From Pseudomonadales bacterium (GTDB lineage: Bacteria; Pseudomonadota; Gammaproteobacteria; Pseudomonadales; UBA5518), in NCBI GenBank assembly GCA_035331685.1, contig DAOLKH010000001.1, forward strand, positions 1 through 31,157: a stretch of DNA of 31,157 bases. Direction: 5' to 3'. Each line of letters opens with the position of its first letter. Position 1 is the stretch's first letter. The translations under genes were made by a program, and so were the position numbers. The notes beneath the pieces were generated by a model that saw only the letters and a program-made list of their open reading frames with translations, searched no databases and was not told the origin of the DNA. Positions 27,691-31,157 of the stretch are shown piece after piece.

Positions 27691-27694
27691 GACT

Positions 27695-29968
27695 TCAGCT
27701 TGCCAGCTGCGCGGTCTGCAGACGCAGCGCCACTCCGCTCTCACGCAAGCGCTCCTCGACCGTGACACGAATGCGTTGCGCGTCGTCCAGCGACAGCACC
27801 GTTGCCAGCAGCTCGTCGGCCTCCGCGCGCGAGAAGCGGCGCAGTGCAGCCTTCACGCGCGCCAGGCTGGTCGCATTCATCGACAGCGTGTCATAGCCCA
27901 TCGCAACCAGCAGCAGGGCAGCGCCGGGATCGCCGGCAAGCTCCCCGCAGATCCCGACCGGCCGACCGGCCGCATGGCCAGCCACGACGACGTGTGCCAG
28001 TGCATGCAGCACCGCGGGGTGGAACGGATGATAGAGCGCTGCGACACGTGCGTTGTTGCGATCCACTGCCAGCAGATACTGGGTGAGATCGTTGCTTCCG
28101 ACCGACAGGAAATCCACACGCCGCGCGAGATCGGCGGCCTGGTATACGGCGGCCGGCACCTCGACCATCACGCCGACCTGCGGCGCGACGACTGCCCAGC
28201 CTTCCTCGACGATCTCCGCGTGCGCTCGCGCCAGCAGGGCGAGTGCATCGTCGAGTTCCTGTGTGTTGCTGATCATCGGCAGCATCACGCGCAGATTGTC
28301 GAGGCCGGCGCTGGCTTTCAGCATCGCGCGCACCTGCGCGAGGAAAATCTCCGGGTGATCCAGCGTCACACGGATGCCACGCCAACCCAGAAACGGGTTT
28401 GCCTCCTCGATCGGGAAGTACGGCAGCGCCTTGTCGCCACCGATATCCAGCGTGCGCATCGTCACCGGCCGCGGTGCGAAGGCCTCGAGTTGTTCGCGGT
28501 AGATCAGGCGCTGCTCCTCCTCGGTCGGAAAGCGTTCGCGCAGCAGGAACGGGATCTCCGTGCGGTAGAGCCCCACGCCCTCGGCGCCTCGCCCGAGCAT
28601 GCGCATCAGCTTCGAATCGAAGCCGGTATTCACGAACAGTCGCACCGGATGCCCATCGCTCAACTGGCACGGCAGGTCGAGCGTGCTTTCGAACTCGCGG
28701 GTCAGTGCGCGTTCGGCCTCCATCACCGCCAGGTACTGCTGCAGCAGTTCAGGCGGAGGGTCGATCAACACCCGCCCTTCATGACCATCGACGACGATCC
28801 CGGCACCGTCGATCTCCGCAAACGGCAGGTCGACCGCGCCCAGCACGCAGGGGACCGCCATCGCGCGTGCGAGTATCGCGGTATGCGAATTGCCGGAACC
28901 CGACACCGAGACGATCCCGGCGAGGCGCGCCTCGGGCACCTCCGCCAGCAGCGATGCGGGAATTTCCTCGCCCACCAGCACCGTTCGCTCCGGGTAGTCG
29001 ATCGTGTTGCGCTCCCCGGCCTGCAGGTGTGCCAGCACGCGCCGCCCCAGATCGCGCAGGTCCGTGGCGCGATCGCGCAGGTACGGGTCCTCCATCAGCT
29101 CGAAGGTGCGCACATGCGCCAGCACCACCTGGCTCAGCGCTCCCTGCGCCCACTGCCCGGCGCGAATCGCCTCGATGACCTCACCGCCAAGCGTGCGGTC
29201 GTCGAGCAGCATCACATAGGCGTCGAACAGCGCGATTTCCTCCGGCCGTACGCGGGCGCTCAGTTCTTCGCGTATTGCCAGCACTTCGGAACGCACGGCG
29301 GCGATCGCCTGCTGGAACAGCCGCACCTCGGCTTGCGGGTCCGCGCACTCCCGGCTCGGCACCGCCCGCATGTCCGCAGGCGGAGAAACCACCACCACCC
29401 GACCGACCGCGATTCCCGGTGAGCCAGCCACGCCGGCAAACTCCGTGGGGCGCGCGGCCAGGTTGCGCGCATCACGACGAACGCTGCGGGCGGCTCCCGC
29501 GTGCGCGATCATCCCGGCAAGCTGCGCCGACAGCGTGATCAGGAAGGCTTCCTCTTCCTCGTCGAAACGGCGCTGCTCGCGCTGCTGCACCACCAGCACG
29601 CCGACGACCTGCCGATGGTGGATGATCGGTACGCCAAGGAAGGATTTGAATACTTCCTCGCCGGAGCCTTCGATGAACTTGAAGTTCGGATGCGCCTCGG
29701 CGTCTTCGAGGTTCAACGGCTCCGCGCGGCGTGCGACGAATCCGATCAACCCCTCGTCCAGCGCCAGGCTGAAGCGGCCTTCGAGCGCCTTGTTCAGTCC
29801 CTCGGTGGCCATGAACACGTAGCGATCGGTGGCCGGATCGTGGATGTAGACCGAACACACCTCGGTCCGCATCGTCTCGCGTACCCGGCGCACGATGATC
29901 GCCAGTGCCTCGGCCAGATCGACTGCACCAAACACTTCCTGCGCCACCCGGCGCAGCGATTTCAGCAT
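27695..29968 (-). CDS. ptsP: Phosphoenolpyruvate-protein phosphotransferase EI-Ntr (GAF + enzyme I)
   Basis: N-terminal GAF (EVCSVY, FLGVPIIHHRQVVGVLVVQ), phospho-His SHTAILARA, GVGLYRTE, RTLDIGGDK, SVGSNDLTQY, GICGE. ATG at 29968. Confidence 0.96.
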   Translation of the reverse strand: MLKSLRRVAQEVFGAVDLAEALAIIVRRVRETMRTEVCSVYIHDPATDRYVFMATEGLNKALEGRFSLALDEGLIGFVARRAEPLNLEDAEAHPNFKFIEGSGEEVFKSFLGVPIIHHRQVVGVLVVQQREQRRFDEEEEAFLITLSAQLAGMIAHAGAARSVRRDARNLAARPTEFAGVAGSPGIAVGRVVVVSPPADMRAVPSRECADPQAEVRLFQQAIAAVRSEVLAIREELSARVRPEEIALFDAYVMLLDDRTLGGEVIEAIRAGQWAQGALSQVVLAHVRTFELMEDPYLRDRATDLRDLGRRVLAHLQAGERNTIDYPERTVLVGEEIPASLLAEVPEARLAGIVSVSGSGNSHTAILARAMAVPCVLGAVDLPFAEIDGAGIVVDGHEGRVLIDPPPELLQQYLAVMEAERALTREFESTLDLPCQLSDGHPVRLFVNTGFDSKLMRMLGRGAEGVGLYRTEIPFLLRERFPTEEEQRLIYREQLEAFAPRPVTMRTLDIGGDKALPYFPIEEANPFLGWRGIRVTLDHPEIFLAQVRAMLKASAGLDNLRVMLPMISNTQELDDALALLARAHAEIVEEGWAVVAPQVGVMVEVPAAVYQAADLARRVDFLSVGSNDLTQYLLAVDRNNARVAALYHPFHPAVLHALAHVVVAGHAAGRPVGICGELAGDPGAALLLVAMGYDTLSMNATSLARVKAALRRFSRAEADELLATVLSLDDAQRIRVTVEERLRESGVALRLQTAQLAS

Positions 29969-29984
29969 CGTGCGTGGCGCTGCC

Positions 29985-30476
29985 TCAGCGCCCATTGCGC
30001 ACGAGCCGGCCGTGGCGCGGAGCGAGTTCCCACAATGCGCGGCGGTAGACCTCGCGCTTGAAGGCGACGATCTGGCCAAGCGGGTACCAATACGAAACCC
30101 AGCGCCACTGGTCGAATTCCGGCGAAGGGTGCGCATCGACCCGCACCCGCTCGTCGTTGCTCACCAGACGCAGCAGGAACCACTTCTGCTTCTGACCGAC
30201 GAAGTTCGGGTTCTTGCGATTGCGCATGAACTGTGGCGGCAGGCGGTAATGCAGCCAGCCTCCGGTGCAGGCGAGCAACTCGACGTCATCGGTCGCCAGG
30301 CCGACCTCCTCGCCAAGCTCCCGGTACATCGCGTCCTCGGGTGATTCTCCTTCGTGGATGCCACCTTGCGGAAACTGCCAGGCATTCTGCCCACGACGGC
30401 GCGCCCACAGCAGATCGCCCCGGCAATTGGCCAGGATGATGCCCACGTTGGGTCGGTAGCCGTGCTCGTCGATCAC
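29985..30476 (-). CDS. rppH: RNA pyrophosphohydrolase
   Basis: [15 protein letters not shown], Nudix box [38 protein letters not shown]. Canonical rppH-ptsP order. Confidence 0.96.
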   Translation of the reverse strand: MIDEHGYRPNVGIILANCRGDLLWARRRGQNAWQFPQGGIHEGESPEDAMYRELGEEVGLATDDVELLACTGGWLHYRLPPQFMRNRKNPNFVGQKQKWFLLRLVSNDERVRVDAHPSPEFDQWRWVSYWYPLGQIVAFKREVYRRALWELAPRHGRLVRNGR

Positions 30477-30556
30477 AGTGGATGGCCCGTCGGATGCTGC
30501 ACGGGGACACCCCGTGCCTGCCGACATTCTTCCATATTCGATCCGGCACGCCCAGA

Positions 30557-31157
30557 TCAGCGCATCACGCGAGCGATCAGGGTCTTCAGGTAGCGGGTTT
30601 CAGCGATCATGGGGTGAACCGGATGATCCGGTCCCTGGCCGGCGAAGCCGAGAATCTGCAGCCGGCGTCCGGCGTGGTGAGCGCCCCCACGCACGATATC
30701 GAGCAGGGTCTGCTCCTCGAGATGCATGGAGCACGAAGCGGACACGACGATCGCATCGTCGGCAAGCACTTCCATCGCGGCGCGGTTCAGGCGGTGGTAG
30801 GCGCTCTCGCCGCTCTTCTGGTCACGCCGGCGCTTGATGAATGCCGGCGGATCGAGCACGACGATATCAAAACGCACACCGGCACTCGCCAGATCTGCCA
30901 GTTCATCGAAGGCGTTGCCGCAACGCAGCGTGACGCGCTCGGCCACACCGTTCGCCTGTGCGTTCTGCGCCGCGAGTGCGAGTGCAGGCTGCGAACTGTC
31001 GATGCAGGTCACGGCGCTGGCGCCGCCGAGCGCCGCCTGCACGCCCCAGCCACCGACGTAGCTGAACACGTCGAGCACACGCTGTCCGCGTGCCAGCCCG
31101 GCCACCCGTGCACGCGTCTCTCGATGGTCGTAGAACCAGCCAGTCTTCTGCCCGCCT
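30557..31157 (-). CDS. rlmI: RlmI-like 23S rRNA m5C1962 SAM-dependent methyltransferase (C-terminal part; runs off the window)
   Basis: [51 protein letters not shown]. Confidence 0.85.
   Translation of the reverse strand, partial: GGQKTGWFYDHRETRARVAGLARGQRVLDVFSYVGGWGVQAALGGASAVTCIDSSQPALALAAQNAQANGVAERVTLRCGNAFDELADLASAGVRFDIVVLDPPAFIKRRRDQKSGESAYHRLNRAAMEVLADDAIVVSASCSMHLEEQTLLDIVRGGAHHAGRRLQILGFAGQGPDHPVHPMIAETRYLKTLIARVMR

Noticed and set aside
590-30837. Many long overlapping ORFs rich in Arg/Ala/Pro (e.g. 9390-10868, 10983-12821, 26262-27614, 27776-29422)
   Set aside because: They are antisense or off-frame shadows typical of high-GC DNA, have no motifs, and each overlaps a well-supported gene.
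1-31157. CRISPR arrays, tRNA/rRNA genes, integrases, prophage or defence islands
   Set aside because: No regularly spaced repeats, cloverleaf or rRNA signatures, or recombinase/transposase motifs were seen by eye.

Overview
High-GC gammaproteobacterial chromosomal window, mostly housekeeping; no rRNA, tRNA, CRISPR array or transposase seen. Left to right: (1) a minus-strand, TPP-riboswitch-controlled thiamine uptake/salvage operon (TonB-dependent receptor, YkoF-type thiamine-binding protein, PnuC/PnuT transporter, choline/thiamine-kinase-like phosphotransferase). The kinase switches in frame into an ABC ATPase at the left edge, probably an assembly chimera. (2) An LLM-class oxidoreductase. 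(3) xseB-ispA-dxs converging on the nrdR-ribD-ribC-ribBX-ribH-nusB-thiL-retropepsin-ribA cluster; the RibB domain has lost its catalytic RENEGD motif. (4) A mixed accessory block at 15.2-25 kb: SDR, TIGR01244 sulfurtransferase-like protein, bfr, Fur-box-preceded bfd, esterase, WS/DGAT, orphan PilU with a CBS protein, NYN-LOTUS protein, hexameric Tyr-coordinated heme protein, and a PAS-GGDEF-EAL gene broken by three internal deletions. (5) Monomeric icd, a nested-palindrome MITE/REP-like element, ptsP-rppH and partial rlmI. All protein calls rest on motif recognition by eye, not database searches. Many start codons were moved downstream of those in the ORF track.
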